The notes below the pieces were generated by a model that was not told the DNA's origin, did not search any database, and saw nothing but the letters and a program-made list of their open reading frames with translations. The position numbers and the translations under genes are program-made. A stretch of 64,000 bases of DNA from the human T2T-CHM13v2.0 reference genome, Homo sapiens, in the NCBI RefSeq assembly GCF_009914755.1, contig NC_060928.1, one strand, 5' to 3'. Of this stretch, positions 26,164 through 40,900 are shown piece by piece; positions within the stretch are counted from its first letter, which is position 1, and each line of letters opens with the position of its first letter.

Positions 26164-29100
26164 GTGGATATTTGGATAGCTTTGAGGATTTCGTTGGAAA
26201 CGGGATATCTTCATATAAAATCTAGACAGAAGCATTCTCAGAAACTTCTTTGTGCTGTATGTCCTCAATTAACAGAGTTGAACCATTGCTTGGATACAGC
26301 ATTTTGGAAACATTCCTTGAGTAGAATCTGCAAGTTGATATTTAGATAGATTTGAAGATTTCGTTGGAAAAGGGAATATCTCCATATAAAATCTAGAGGG
26401 AAGCATTCTCAGAAACTGCTTTGTGATGTTTCCATTCAAGTCACAGAGTTGAATATTCCCTTTTATAGAGCACGTTTGAAACACTCTTTCTGCACTATCT
26501 GGAAGTGGACATTTCGAGCGCTTTGAGGCCTATGGTGAAAAAGGAAATATCTTCCCATAAAAACTAGACAGAAGCATTCTCAGAAACTTGTTTGTGATGT
26601 GTGTATTCAACTAACAGAGTTGAACTTTTGTTTTTACAGAGCCGTTTTAAAACACTCTTTTTGTGGAATCAGAAAGTGGATATTCGGATGGCTCTGAGGA
26701 TTTCGTTGGAAGCGGGATTACATATAAAATCTAGAGAGAAGCATTCTCAGGAACTTCTTTGTGATGTTTGCATTGAAGTCACAGAATTGAACATTCACTT
26801 TGATAGAGCAGGTTTGAAACACTCATTCTGTAGTATCTGGAAGTGGACATTTCAAGCGCTTTCAGGCCTATGGTGAGAAAGGAAATATCTTCGAATAAAA
26901 ACTAGACAGAAGCATCCTCAGAAACTTATTTGTGATGTGTGTCCTCAACTAACAGAGTTGAAACTTTGTTTTGATACAGCATTTTGGAAACACTCTTTTT
27001 GTAGAATCTGCAGGTGGATATTTGGATAGCTTAGAGGGATTCGTTGGAAAGGGGATATCTTCATATAAAATCTAGACAGAAGCATTCTCAGAAACTTATT
27101 TGTGATGTGTGTCCTCAACTAACAGAGTTGAACCTTGGTTTTGATACAGCATTTTGGAAACACTCCTTTTGTAGAATCTGCAGGTGGATATGTGGATAGC
27201 TCTGAAGATTTCGTTGGAAACGGGAATTTCTTCATATAAAATCAAACAGAAGCATTCTCAGAAACTTCTCAGTGATGTTTGCATTCAGCTCATGGAGTTG
27301 AACACTTCCTTTCATAGAGCCGGTTTGAAACACTCTTTCTGCACTACCTGGAAGAGGACATTTCGAGCGCTTTGAGTCCTATGGTGAAAAAGGAAATATC
27401 TTCTCATAAAAACCAGAAAGAAGCATTCTCAGAAACTTCTTTGTGTTGTGTGTACTCATGTAACAGTGTTGAACCATCCTTTTGACAGAGCAGTTTTGAA
27501 ACACTCTTTTTGTAGAATCTGCAAGTGGATATTTGGATAGCTTTGAGGATTTCGTTGGAAACGGGATGACATATAATATCTAGAGAGAAGCATTCTCAGG
27601 AACTTCTTTGTGATGTTTGCATTCAAGTCACAGAATTGAACATTCCCTTTCATAGAGCAGGTTTGAAACACTCTTTCTCTAGTATCTGGAAGTGGGCATT
27701 TCAAGCGCTTTCAGGCCTATGGAGAGAAAGGAAATACCTTCAAATAAAAACTAGACAGAAGCATTCTCAGAAACTTATTTGTGATGTGTGTCCTCAACTA
27801 ACAGAGTTGAACCTTTGTTTTGATACAGCATTTTGGAAACACTCCTTTTGTAGAATCTGCAGGTGGATATTTGGATAAATTTGAAGATTTCGTTGGAAAC
27901 CGGAATAGATTCATATAAAATCAAGACAGAAGCATTCTCGGAAACATCTCTGTGATGTTTGCATTCAACTCAGTAGAGTTGAACACTTCCTTTCATAGAG
28001 CAGGTTTGAAACACTCTTTCTGCACTACCTGGAAGCGGACATTTCGAGCGCTTTGAGGCCTATGGTGAAAAAGGAAATATCTTCTCATAAAAACCAGAAA
28101 GAAGCATTCTCAGAAACTTCTTTGTGTTGTGTGTACTCAAGTAACAGTGTTGAACCTTCCTTTTGACACAGCAGTTTTGAAACACTCTTTTGGTAGAATC
28201 TGCAAGTGGATATTTGGATAGCTTTGAGGATTTCATTGGAAACGGGTTATCTTCATATAAAATCCAGACAGGAGCATTCTCAGAAACTTCTCTGTGCTGC
28301 ATGTCCTCAATTCACAGAGCTGAACCTTTGTTTGGATACAGCATTTTGGAAACATTCCTTTAGTAGAATCTGCAAGTTGATATTTAGATAGCTTTGAAGA
28401 TTTCGTTGGAAACGGGAATATCTTCATAGAAAATCTAGACGGAAGCATTCTCAGAAACTGCTTTGTGATGTTTGCATTCAAGTCACAGAGTTGAATATTC
28501 CCTTTTATAGAGTAGGTTTGAAACACTCTTTCGGCACTACCTGGAAGTGGATATTTCGAGCTCTTTGAGGCCTATGGTTAAAAGGAAATATCTTCCCATA
28601 AAAACTAGACAGAAGCCGTCTCAGAAACTTGTTTGTGATGTGTGTATTCAACTAACAGAGTTGAACATTTCTGTTACAGAGCAATTTTAAAACACTCTTT
28701 TTGTGGAATCTGAAAGTGGATAATTGGATAGCTTTGTGGATTTCGTTGGAAACGGGATGACGTATAAAATCTAGAGAGAAGCATTCTCAGGAACTTCTTT
28801 CTGATGTTTGCATTCAAGTCACAGAATTGAACATTCCTTTTCATAGTGCAGGTTTGAAACACTCTTTCTGTAGTATCTGGAAGTGGACATTTCAAGCGCT
28901 TTCAGGCCTACGGGGAGAAAGGAAATATCTTCAAATAAAAACTAGATAGAAGGATTCTCAGAAACTTATTTGTGATGTGTGTCCTAAACGAACACAGTTG
29001 AACCTTTGTTTTGATACAGCATTTTGGAAACACTCGTTTTGTAGGATCTGCAGGTGGATATTTGGATAGATTTTAAGATTTCGTTGGAAACGGGAGTTTC

Positions 29101-29395
29101 TTCATAGAAACTCAAGACAGATGCATTCTCAGAAACATCTCTGTGATGTTTGCATTCCACTCATAGAGTTGAAAACTTCCTTTCATAGAGCAGGTTTGAA
29201 ACACTCTTTTTGTAATATTTGGAAGAGGATATTTGCAGGGCTTTGAGGCCTATGGTGAAAAAGGAAATATCTTCTCATAAAAACCAGAAACAAGCATTCT
29301 CAGAAACTACTTTTTGATGTGTGTACTCAAGTAACAGAGTTGAACCTTCCTTTTGACACAGCAGTTTTGAAACAATCTTTTTGTAGAATCTGCAA
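26164..29395 (+). repeat. 19-mer HOR (3232 bp)
   Basis: Anchor spacing 26164->29396 = 3232. Confidence 0.95.
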
Positions 29396-31946
29396 GTGGA
29401 TATTTGGATAGCTTTGAGGATTTCGTTGGAAACGGGATATCTTCATATAAAATCTAGACAGAAGCATTCTCAGAAACTTCTTTGTGCTGTATGTCCTCAA
29501 TTAACAGAGTTGAACCATTGCTTGGATACAGCATTTTGGAAACATTCCTTTAGTAGAATCTGCAAGTTGATATTTAGATAGATTTGAAGATTTCGTTGGA
29601 AAAGGGAATATCTCCATATAAAATCTAGACGGAAGCATTCTCAGAAACTGCTTTGTGATGTTTCCATTCAAGTCACAGAGTTGAATATTCCCTTTTATAG
29701 AGCACGTTTGAAACACTCTTTCTGCACTATCTGGAAGTGGACATTTCGAGCGCTTTGAGGCCTATGGTGAAAAAGGAAATATCTTCCCATAAAAACTAGA
29801 CAGAAGCATTCTCAGAAACTTGTTTGTGATGTGTGTATTCAACTAACAGAGTTGAACTTTTGTTTTTACAGAGCCGTTTTAAAACACTCTTTTTGTGGAA
29901 TCAGAAAGTGGATATTCGGATGGCTCTGAGGATTTCGTTGGAAGCGGGATTACATATAAAATCTAGAGAGAAGCATTCTCAGGAACTTCTTTGTGATGTT
30001 TGCATTGAAGTCACAGAATTGAACATTCACTTTGATAGAGCAGGTTTGAAACACTCATTCTGTAGTATCTGGAACTGGACATTTCAAGCGCTTTCAGGCC
30101 TATGGTGAGAAAGGAAATATCTTCGAATAAAAACTAGACAGAAGCATCCTCAGAAACTTATTTGTGATGTGTGTTCTCAACTAACAGAGTTGAAACTTTG
30201 TTTTGATACAGCATTTTGGAAACACTCTTTTTGTAGAATCTGCAGGTGGATATTTGGATAGCTTAGAGGGATTCGTTGGAAAGGGGATATCTTCATATAA
30301 AATCTAGACAGAAGCATTCTCAGAAACTTATTTGTGATGTGTGTCCTCAACTAACAGAGTTGAACCTTGGTTTTGCTACAGCATTTTGGAAACACTCCTT
30401 TTGTAGAATCTGCAGGTGGATATGTGGATAGCTCTGAAGATTTCGTTGGAAACGGGAATTTCTTCATATAAAATCAAACAGAAGCATTCTCAGAAACTTC
30501 TCAGTGATGTTTGCATTCAGCTCATGGAGTTGAACACTTCCTTTCATAGAGCCGGTTTGAAACACTCTTTCTGCACTACCTGGAAGAGGACATTTCGAGC
30601 GCTTTGAGTCCTATGGTGAAAAAGGAAATATCTTCTCATAAAAACCAGAAAGAAGCATTCTCAGAAACTTCTTTGTGTTGTGTGTACTCAAGTAACTGTG
30701 TTGAACCTTCCTTTTGACACAGCAGTTTTGAAACACTCTTTTGGTAGAATCTGCAAGTGGATATTTGGATAGCTTTGAGGATTTCGTTGGAAACGGGTTA
30801 TCTTCATATAAAATCCAGACAGGAGCATTCTCAGAAACTTCTTTGTGCTGCATGTCCTCAATTCACAGAGCTGAACCTTTGTTTGGATACAGCATTTTGG
30901 AAACATTCCTTTAATAGAATCTGCAAGTTGATATTTAGATAGCTTTGAAGATTTCGTTGGAAACGGGAATATCTTCATAGAAAATCTAGACGGAAGCATT
31001 CTCAGAAACTGCTTTGTGATGTTTGCATTCAAGTCACAGAGTTGAATATTCCCTTTTATAGAGTAGGTTTGAAACACTCTTTTGGCACTACCTGGAAGTG
31101 GATATTTCGAGCTCTTTGAGGCCTATGGTTAAAAGGAAATATCTTCCCATAAAAACTAGACAGAAGCCGTCTCAGAAACTTGTTTGTGATGTGTGTATTC
31201 AACTAACAGAGTTGAACATTTCTGTTACAGAGCAATTTTAAAACACTCTTTTTGTGGAATCTGAAAGTGGATAATTGGATAGCTTTGTGGATTTCGTTGG
31301 AAACGGGATGACGTATAAAATCTAGAGAGAAGCATTCTCAGGAACTTCTTTCTGATGTTTGCATTCAAGTCACAGAATTGAACATTCCTTTTCATAGTGC
31401 AGGTTTGAAACACTCTTTCTGTAGTATCTGGAAGTGGACATTTCAAGCGCTTTCAGGCCTACGGGGAGAAAGGAAATATCTTCAAATAAAAACTAGACAG
31501 AAGGATTCTCAGAAACTTATTTGTGATGTGTGTCCTAAACGAACACAGTTGAACCTTTGTTTTGATACAGCATTTTGGAAACACTCGTTTTGTAGGATCT
31601 GCAGGTGGATATTTGGATAGATTTTAAGATTTCGTTGGAAACGGGAGTTTCTTCATGGAAACTCAAGACAGATGCATTCTCGGAAACATCTCTGTGATGT
31701 TTGCTTTCCACTCATACAGTTGAAAACTTCCTTTCATAGAGCAGGTTTGAAACACTCTTTTTGTAATATTTGGAAGTGGACATTTGCAGCGCTTTGAGGC
31801 CTATGGTGAAAAAGGAAATATCTTCTCATAAAAACCAGAAACAAGCATTCTCGGAAACTTCTTTTTGATGTGTGTAGTCAAGTAACAGAGTTGAACCTTC
31901 CTTTTGACACAGCAGTTTTGAAACAATCTTTTTGTAGAATCTGCAA
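29396..31946 (+). repeat. 15-mer HOR variant (2551 bp), duplicate of 23613-26163
   Basis: Anchor spacing 2551, with the same junction (30610-30690) and the same private SNVs. Confidence 0.94.
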
Positions 31947-34900
31947 GTGGATATTTGGATAGCTTTGAGGATTTCGTTGGAAACGGGATATCTTCATATA
32001 AAATCTAGACAGAAGCATTCTCAGAAACTTCTTTGTGCTGTATGTCCTCAATTAACAGAGTTGAACCATTGCTTGGATACAGCATTTTGGAAACATTCCT
32101 TGAGTAGAATCTGCAAGTTGATATTTAGATAGATTTGAAGATTTCGTTGGAAAAGGGAATATCTCCATATAAAATCTAGAGGGAAGCATTCTCAGAAACT
32201 GCTTTGTGATGTTTCCATTCAAGTCACAGAGTTGAATATTCCCTTTTATAGAGCACGTTTGAAACACTCTTTCTGCACTATCTGGAAGTGGACATTTCGA
32301 GCGCTTTGAGGCCTATGGTGAAAAAGGAAATATCTTCCCATAAAAACTAGACAGAAGCATTCTCAGAAACTTGTTTGTGATGTGTGTATTCAACTAACAG
32401 AGTTGAACTTTTGTTTTTACAGAGCCGTTTTAAAACACTCTTTTTGTGGAATCAGAAAGTGGATATTCGGATGGCTCTGAGGATTTCGTTGGAAGCGGGA
32501 TTACATATAAAATCTAGAGAGAAGCATTCTCAGGAACTTCTTTGTGATGTTTGCATTGAAGTCACAGAATTGAACATTCACTTTGATAGAGCAGGTTTGA
32601 AACACTCATTCTGTAGTATCTGGAAGTGGACATTTCAAGCGCTTTCAGGCCTATGGTGAGAAAGGAAATATCTTCGAATAAAAACTAGACAGAAGCATCC
32701 TCAGAAACTTATTTGTGATGTGTGTCCTCAACTAACAGAGTTGAAACTTTGTTTTGATACAGCATTTTGGAAACACTCTTTTTGTAGAATCTGCAGGTGG
32801 ATATTTGGATAGCTTAGAGGGATTCGTTGGAAAGGGGATATCTTCATATAAAATCTAGACAGAAGCATTCTCAGAAACTTATTTGTGATGTGTGTCCTCA
32901 ACTAACAGAGTTGAACCTTGGTTTTGATACAGCATTTTGGAAACACTCCTTTTGTAGAATCTGCAGGTGGATATGTGGATAGCTCTGAAGATTTCGTTGG
33001 AAACGGGAATTTCTTCATATAAAATCAAACAGAAGCATTCTCAGAAACTTCTCAGTGATGTTTGCATTCAGCTCATGGAGTTGAACACTTCCTTTCATAG
33101 AGCCGGTTTGAAACACTCTTTCTGCACTACCTGGAAGAGGACATTTCGAGCGCTTTGAGTCCTATGGTGAAAAAGGAAATATCTTCTCATAAAAACCAGA
33201 AAGAAGCATTCTCAGAAACTTCTTTGTGTTGTGTGTACTCATGTAACAGTGTTGAACCATCCTTTTGACAGAGCAGTTTTGAAACACTCTTTTTGTAGAA
33301 TCTGCAAGTGGATATTTGGATAGCTTTGAGGATTTCGTTGGAAACGGGATGACATATAATATCTAGAGAGAAGCATTCTCAGGAACTTCTTTGTGATGTT
33401 TGCATTCAAGTCACAGAATTGAACATTCCCTTTCATAGAGCAGGTTTGAAACACTCTTTCTCTAGTATCTGGAAGTGGGCATTTCAAGCGCTTTCAGGCC
33501 TATGGAGAGAAAGGAAATACCTTCAAATAAAAACTAGACAGAAGCATTCTCAGAAACTTATTTGTGATGTGTGTCCTCAACTAACAGAGTTGAACCTTTG
33601 TTTTGATACAGCATTTTGGAAACACTCCTTTTGTAGAATCTGCAGGTGGATATTTGGATAAATTTGAAGATTTCGTTGGAAACCGGAATATCTTCATATA
33701 AAATCAAGACAGAAGCATTCTCGGAAACATCTCTGTGATGTTTGCATTCAACTCAGTAGAGTTGAACACTTCCTTTCATAGAGCAGGTTTGAAACACTCT
33801 TTCTGCACTACCTGGAAGCGGACATTTCGAGCGCTTTGAGGCCTATGGTGAAAAAGGAAATATCTTCTCATAAAAACCAGAAAGAAGCATTCTCAGAAAC
33901 TTCTTTGTGTTGTGTGTACTCAAGTAACAGTGTTGAACCTTCCTTTTGACACAGCAGTTTTGAAACACTCTTTTGGTAGAATCTGCAAGTGGATATTTGG
34001 ATAGCTTTGAGGATTTCGTTGGAAACGGGTTATCTTCATATAAAATCCAGACAGGAGCATTCTCAGAAACTTCTTTGTGCTGCATGTCCTCAATTCACAG
34101 AGCTGAACCTTTGTTTGGATACAGCATTTTGGAAACATTCCTTTAGTAGAATCTGCAAGTTGATATTTAGATAGCTTTGAAGATTTCGTTGGAAACGGGA
34201 ATATCTTCATAGAAAATCTAGACGGAAGCATTCTCAGAAACTGCTTTGTGATGTTTGCATTCAAGTCACAGAGTTGAATATTCCCTTTTATAGAGTAGGT
34301 TTGAAACACTCTTTCGGCACTACCTGGAAGTGGAGATTTCGAGCTCTTTGAGGCCTATGGTTAAAAGGAAATATCTTCCCATAAAAACTAGACAGAAGAC
34401 GTCTCAGAAACTTGTTTGTGATGTGTGTATTCAACTACCAGAGTTGAACATTTCTGTTACAGAGCATTTTTAAAACACTCTTTTTGTGGAATCTGAAAGT
34501 GGATAATTGGATAGCTTTGTGGATTTCGTTGGAAACGGGATGACGTATAAAATCTAGAGAGAAGCATTCTCAGGAACTTCTTTCTGATGTTTGCATTCAA
34601 GTCACAGAATTGAACATTCCTTTTCATAGTGCAGGTTTGAAACACTCTTTCTGTAGTATCTGGAAGTGGACATTTCAAGCGCTTTCAGGCCTACGGGGAG
34701 AAAGGAAATATCTTCAAATAAAAACTAGACAGAAGGATTCTCAGAAACTTATTTGTGATGTGTGTCCTAAACGAACACAGTTGAACCTTTGTTTTGATAC
34801 AGCATTTTGGAAACACTCGTTTTGTAGGATCTGCAGGTGGATATTTGGATAGATTTTAAGATTTCGTTGGAAACGGGAGTTTCTTCATAGAAACTCAAGA

Positions 34901-37900
34901 CAGATGCATTCTCAGAAACATCTCTGTGATGTTTACATTCCACTCATAGAGTTGAAAACTTCCTTTCATAGAGCAGGTTTGAAACACTCTTTTTGTAATA
35001 TTTGGAAGTGGACATTTGCAGCGCTTTGAGGCCTATGGTGAAAAAGGAAATATCTTCTCATAAAAACCAGAAACAAGCATTCTCGGAAACTTCTTTTTGA
35101 TGTGTGTAGTCAAGTAACAGAGTTGAACCTTCCTTTTGACACAGCAGTTTTGAAACAATCTTTTTGTAGAATCTGCAAGTGGATATTTGGATAGCTTTGA
35201 GGATTTCGTTGGAAACGGGATATCTTCATATAAAATCTAGACAGAAGCATTCTCAGAAACTTCTTTGTGCTGTATGTCCTCAATTAACAGAGTTGAACCA
35301 TTGCTTGGATACAGCATTTTGGAAACATTCCTTGAGTAGAATCTGCAAGTTGATATTTAGATAGATTTGAAGATTTCGTTGGAAAAGGGAATATCTCCAT
35401 ATAAAATCTAGAGGGAAGCATTCTCAGAAACTGCTTTGTGATGTTTCCATTCAAGTCACAGAGTTGAATATTCCCTTTTATAGAGCACGTTTGAAACACT
35501 CTTTCTGCACTATCTGGAAGTGGACATTTCGAGCGCTTTGAGGCCTATGGTGAAAAAGGAAATATCTTCCCATAAAAACTAGACAGAAGCATTCTCAGAA
35601 ACTTGTTTGTGATGTGTGTATTCAACTAACAGAGTTGAACTTTTGTTTTTACAGAGCCGTTTTAAAACACTCTTTTTGTGGAATCAGAAAGTGGATATTT
35701 GGATGGCTCTGAGGATTTCGTTGGAAGCGGGATTACATATAAAATCTAGAGAGAAGCATTCTCAGGAACTTCTTTGTGATGTTTGCATTGAAGTCACAGA
35801 ATTGAACATTCACTTTGATAGAGCAGGTTTGAAACACTCATTCTGTAGTATCTGGAAGTGGACATTTCAAGCGCTTTCAGGCCTATGGTGAGAAAGGAAA
35901 TATCTTCGAATAAAAACTAGACAGAAGCATCCTCAGAAACTTATTTGTGATGTGTGTCCTCAACTAACAGAGTTGAAACTTTGTTTTGATACAGCATTTT
36001 GGAAACACTCTTTTTGTAGAATCTGCAGGTGGATATTTGGATAGCTTAGAGGGATTCGTTGGAAAGGGGATATCTTCATATAAAATCTAGACAGAAGCAT
36101 TCTCAGAAACTTATTTGTGATGTGTGTCCTCAACTAACAGAGTTGAACCTTGGTTTTGATACAGCATTTTGGAAACACTCCTTTTGTAGAATCTGCAGGT
36201 GGATATGTGGATAGCTCTGAAGATTTCGTTGGAAACGGGAATTTCTTCATATAAAATCAAACAGAAGCATTCTCAGAAACTTCTCTGTGATGTTTGCATT
36301 CAGCTCATGGAGTTGAACACTTCCTTTCATAGAGCCGGTTTGAAACACTCTTTCTGCACTACCTGGAAGAGGACATTTCGAGCGCTTTGAGTCCTATGGT
36401 GAAAAAGGAAATATCTTCTCATAAAAACCAGAAAGAAGCATTCTCAGAAACTTCTTTGTGTTGTGTGTACTCATGTAACAGTGTTGAACCATCCTTTTGA
36501 CAGAGCAGATTTGAAACACTCTTTTTGTAGAATCTGCAAGTGGATATTTGGATAGCTTTGAGGATTTCGTTGGAAACGGGATGACATATAATATCTAGAG
36601 AGAAGCATACTCAGGAACTTCTTTGTGATGTTTGCATTCAAGTCACAGAATTGAACATTCCCTTTCATAGAACAGGTTTGAAACACTCTTTCTCTAGTAT
36701 CTGGAAGTGGGCATTTCAAGCGCTTTGAGGCCTATGGAGAGAAAGGAAATACCTTCAAATAAAAACTAGACAGAAGCATTCTCAGAAACTTATTTGTGAT
36801 GTGTGTCCTCAACTAACAGAGTTGAACCTTTGTTTTGATACAGCATTTTGGAAACACTCCTTTTGTAAAATCTGCAGGTGGATATTTGGATAACTTTGAA
36901 GATTTCGTTGGAAACCGGAATATCTTCATATAAAATCAAGACAGAAGCATTCTCGGAAACATCTCTGTGATGTTTGCATTCAACTCAGTAGAGTTGAACA
37001 CTTCCTTTCATAGAGCCGGTTTGAAACACTCTTTCTGCACTACCTGGAAGCGGACATTTCGAGCGCTTTGAGGCCTATGGTGAAAAAGGAAATATCTTCT
37101 CATAAAAACCAGAAAGAAGCATTCTCAGAAACTTCTTTGTGTTGTGTGTACTCAAGTAACAGTGTTGAACCTTCCTTTTGACACAGCAGTTTTGAAACAC
37201 TCTTTTGGTAGAATCTGCAAGTGGATATTTGGATAGCTTTGAGGATTTCGTTGGAAACGGGTTATCTTCATATAAAATCCAGACAGGAGCATTCTCAGAA
37301 ACTTCTTTGTGCTGCATGTCCTCAATTCACAGAGCTGAACCTTTGTTTGGATACAGCATTTTGGAAACATTCCTTTAGTAGAATCTGCAAGTTGATATTT
37401 AGATAGCTTTGAAGATTTCGTTGGAAACGGGAATATCTTCATAGAAAATCTAGACGGAAGCATTCTCAGAAACTGCTTTGTGATGTTTGCATTCAAGTCA
37501 CAGAGTTGAATATTCCCTTTTATAGAGTAAGTTTGAAACACTCTTTTGGCACTACCTGGAAGTGGATACTTCGAGCTCTTTGAGGCCTATGGTTAAAAGG
37601 AAATATCTTCCCATAAAAACTAGACAGAAGCCGTCTCAGAAACTTGTTTGTGATGTGTGTATTCAACTACCAGAGTTGAACATTTATGTTACAGAACAAT
37701 TTTAAAACACTCTTTTTGTGGAATCTGAAAGTGGATAATTGGATAGCTTTGTGGATTTCGTTGGAAACGGGATGACGTATAAAATCTAGAGAGAAGCATT
37801 CTCAGGAACTTCTTTCTGATGTTTGCATTCAAGTCACAGAATTGAACATTCCTTTTCATAGTGCAGGTTTGAAACACTCTTTCTGTAGTATCTGGAAGTG

Positions 37901-40900
37901 GACATTTCAAGCGCTTTCAGGGCTACGGGGAGAAAGGAAATATCTTCAAATAAAAACTAGACAGAAGGATTCTCAGAAACTTATTTGTGATGTGTGTCCT
38001 AAACGAACACAGTTGAACCTTTGTTTTGATACAGCATTTTGGAAACACTCCTTTTGTAGGATCTGCAGGTGGATATTTGGATAGATTTTAAGATTTCGTT
38101 GGAAACGGGAGTTTCTTCATAGAAACTCAAGACAGATGCATTCTCAGAAACATCTCTGTGATGTTTACATTCCACTCATAGAGTTGAAAACTTCCTTTCA
38201 TAGAGCAGGTTTGAAACACTCTTTTTGTAATATTTGGAAGTGGACATTTGCAGCGCTTTGAGGCCTATGGTGAAAAAGGAAATATCTTCTCATAAAAACC
38301 AGAAACAAGCATTCTCAGAAACTTCTTTTTGATGTGTGTACTCAAGTAACAGAGTTGAACCTTCCTTTTGACACAGCAGTTTTGAAACAATCTTTTTGTA
38401 GAATCTGCAAGTGGATATTTGGATAGCTTTGAGGATTTCGTTGGAAACGGGATATCTTCATATAAAATCTAGACAGAAGCATTCTCAGAAACTTCTTTGT
38501 GCTGTATGTCCTCAATTAACAGAGTTGAACCATTGCTTGGATACAGCATTTTGGAAACATTCCTTGAGTAGAATCTGCAAGTTGATATTTAGATAGATTT
38601 GAAGATTTCGTTGGAAAAGGGAATATCTCCATATAAAATCTAGAGGGAAGCATTCTCAGAAACTGCTTTGTGATGTTTCCATTCAAGTCACAGAGTTGAA
38701 TATTCCCTTTTATAGAGCACGTTTGAAACACTCTTTCTGCACTATCTGGAAGTGGACATTTCGAGTGCTTTGAGGCCTATGGTGAAAAAGGAAATATCTT
38801 CCCATAAAAACTAGACAGAAGCATTCTCAGAAACTTGTTTGTGATGTGTGTATTCAACTAACAGAGTTGAACTTTTGTTTTTACAGAGCCGTTTTAAAAC
38901 ACTCTTTTTGTGGAATCAGAAAGTGGATATTCGGATGGCTCTGAGGATTTCGTTGGAAGCGGGATTACATATAAAATCTAGAGAGAAGCATTCTCAGGAA
39001 CTTCTTTGTGATGTTTGCATTGAAGTCACAGAATTGAACATTCACTTTGATAGAGCAGGTTTGAAACACTCATTCTGTAGTATCTGGAAGTGGACATTTC
39101 AAGCGCTTTCAGGCCTATGGTGAGAAAGGAAATATCTTCGAATAAAAACTAGACAGAAGCATCCTCAGAAACTTATTTGTGATGTGTGTCCTCAACTAAC
39201 AGAGTTGAAACTTTGTTTTGATACAGCATTTTGGAAACACTCTTTTTGTAGAATCTGCAGGTGGATATTTGGATAGCTTAGAGGGATTCGTTGGAAAGGG
39301 GATATCTTCATATAAAATCTAGACAGAAGCATTCTCAGAAACTTATTTGTGATGTGTGTCCTCAACTAACAGAGTTGAACCTTGGTTTTGATACAGCATT
39401 TTGGAAACACTCCTTTTGTAGAATCTGCAGGTGGATATGTGGATAGCTCTGAAGATTTCGTTGGAAACGGGAATTTCTTCATATAAAATCAAACAGAAGC
39501 ATTCTCAGAAACTTCTCTGTGATGTTTGCATTCAGCTCATGGAGTTGAACACTTCCTTTCATAGAGCCGGTTTGAAACACTCTTTCTGCACTACCTGGAA
39601 GAGGACATTTCGAGCGCTTTGAGTCCTATGGTGAAAAAGGAAATATCTTCTCATAAAAACCAGAAAGAAGCATTCTCAGAAACTTCTTTGTGTTGTGTGT
39701 ACTCATGTAACAGTGTTGAACCATCCTTTTGACAGAGCAGTTTTGAAACACTCTTTTTGTAGAATCTGCAAGTGGATATTTGGATAGCTTTGAGGATTTC
39801 GTTGGAAACGGGATGACATATAATATCTAGAGAGAAGCATACTCAGGAACTTCTTTGTGATGTTTGCATTCAAGTCACAGAATTGAACATTCCCTTTCAT
39901 AGAGCAGGTTTGAAACACTCTTTCTCTAGTATCTGGAAGTGGGCATTTCAAGCGCTTTCAGGCATATGGAGAGAAAGGAAATACCTTCAAATAAAAACTA
40001 GACAGAAGCATTCTCAGAAACTTATTTGTGATGTGTGTCCTCAACTAACAGAGTTGAACCTTTGTTTTGATACAGCATTTTGGAAACACTCCTTTTGTAG
40101 AATCTGCAGGTGGATATTTGGATAACTTTGAAGATTTCGTTGGAAACCGGAATATCTTCATATAAAATCAAGACAGAAGCATTCTCGGAAACATCTCTGT
40201 GATGTTTGCATTCAACTCAGTAGAGTTGAACACTTCCTTTCATAGAGCAGGTTTGAAACACTCTTTCTGCACTACCTGGAAGCGGACATTTCGAGCGCTT
40301 TGAGGCCTATGGTGAAAAAGGAAATATCTTCTCATAAAAACCAGAAAGAAGCATTCTCAGAAACTTCTTTGTGTTGTGTGTACTCAAGTAACAGTGTTGA
40401 ACCTTCCTTTTGACACAGCAGTTTTGAAACACTCTTTTGGTAGAATCTGCAAGTGGATATTTGGATAGATTTGAGGATTTCGTTGGAAACGGGTTATCTT
40501 CATATAAAATCCAGACAGGAGCATTCTCAGAAACTTCTTTGTGCTGCATGTCCTCAATTCACAGAGCTGAACCTTTGTTTCGATACAGCATTTTGGAAAC
40601 ATTCCTTTAGTAGAATCTGCAAGTTGATATTTAGATAGCTTTGAAGATTTCGTTGGAAACGGGAATATCTTCATAGAAAATCTAGACCGAAGCATTCTCA
40701 GAAACTGCTTTGTGATGTTTGCATTCAAGTCACAGAGTTGAATATTCCCTTTTATAGAGTAGGTTTGAAACACTCTTTCGGCACTACCTGGAAGTGGATA
40801 TTTCGAGCTCTTTGAGGCCTATGGTTAAAAGGAAATATCTTCCCATAAAAACTAGACAGAAGCCGTCTCAGAAACTTGTTTGTGATGTGTGTATTCAACT

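Larger units (their letters stand above)
22127..33692 (+). repeat. 5783-bp (19-mer + 15-mer, 34 monomers) tandem duplication
   Basis: Private variants are shared at a 5783 offset: TTCATTGG (22452/28235), AGATAGAAGG, AAGAGGATATT, AAACTACTTT, GGAACTGG, GTGTTCTC, TTGCTACAG, TTTAATAG, CATGGAAAC. Boundaries are approximate. Confidence 0.92.
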
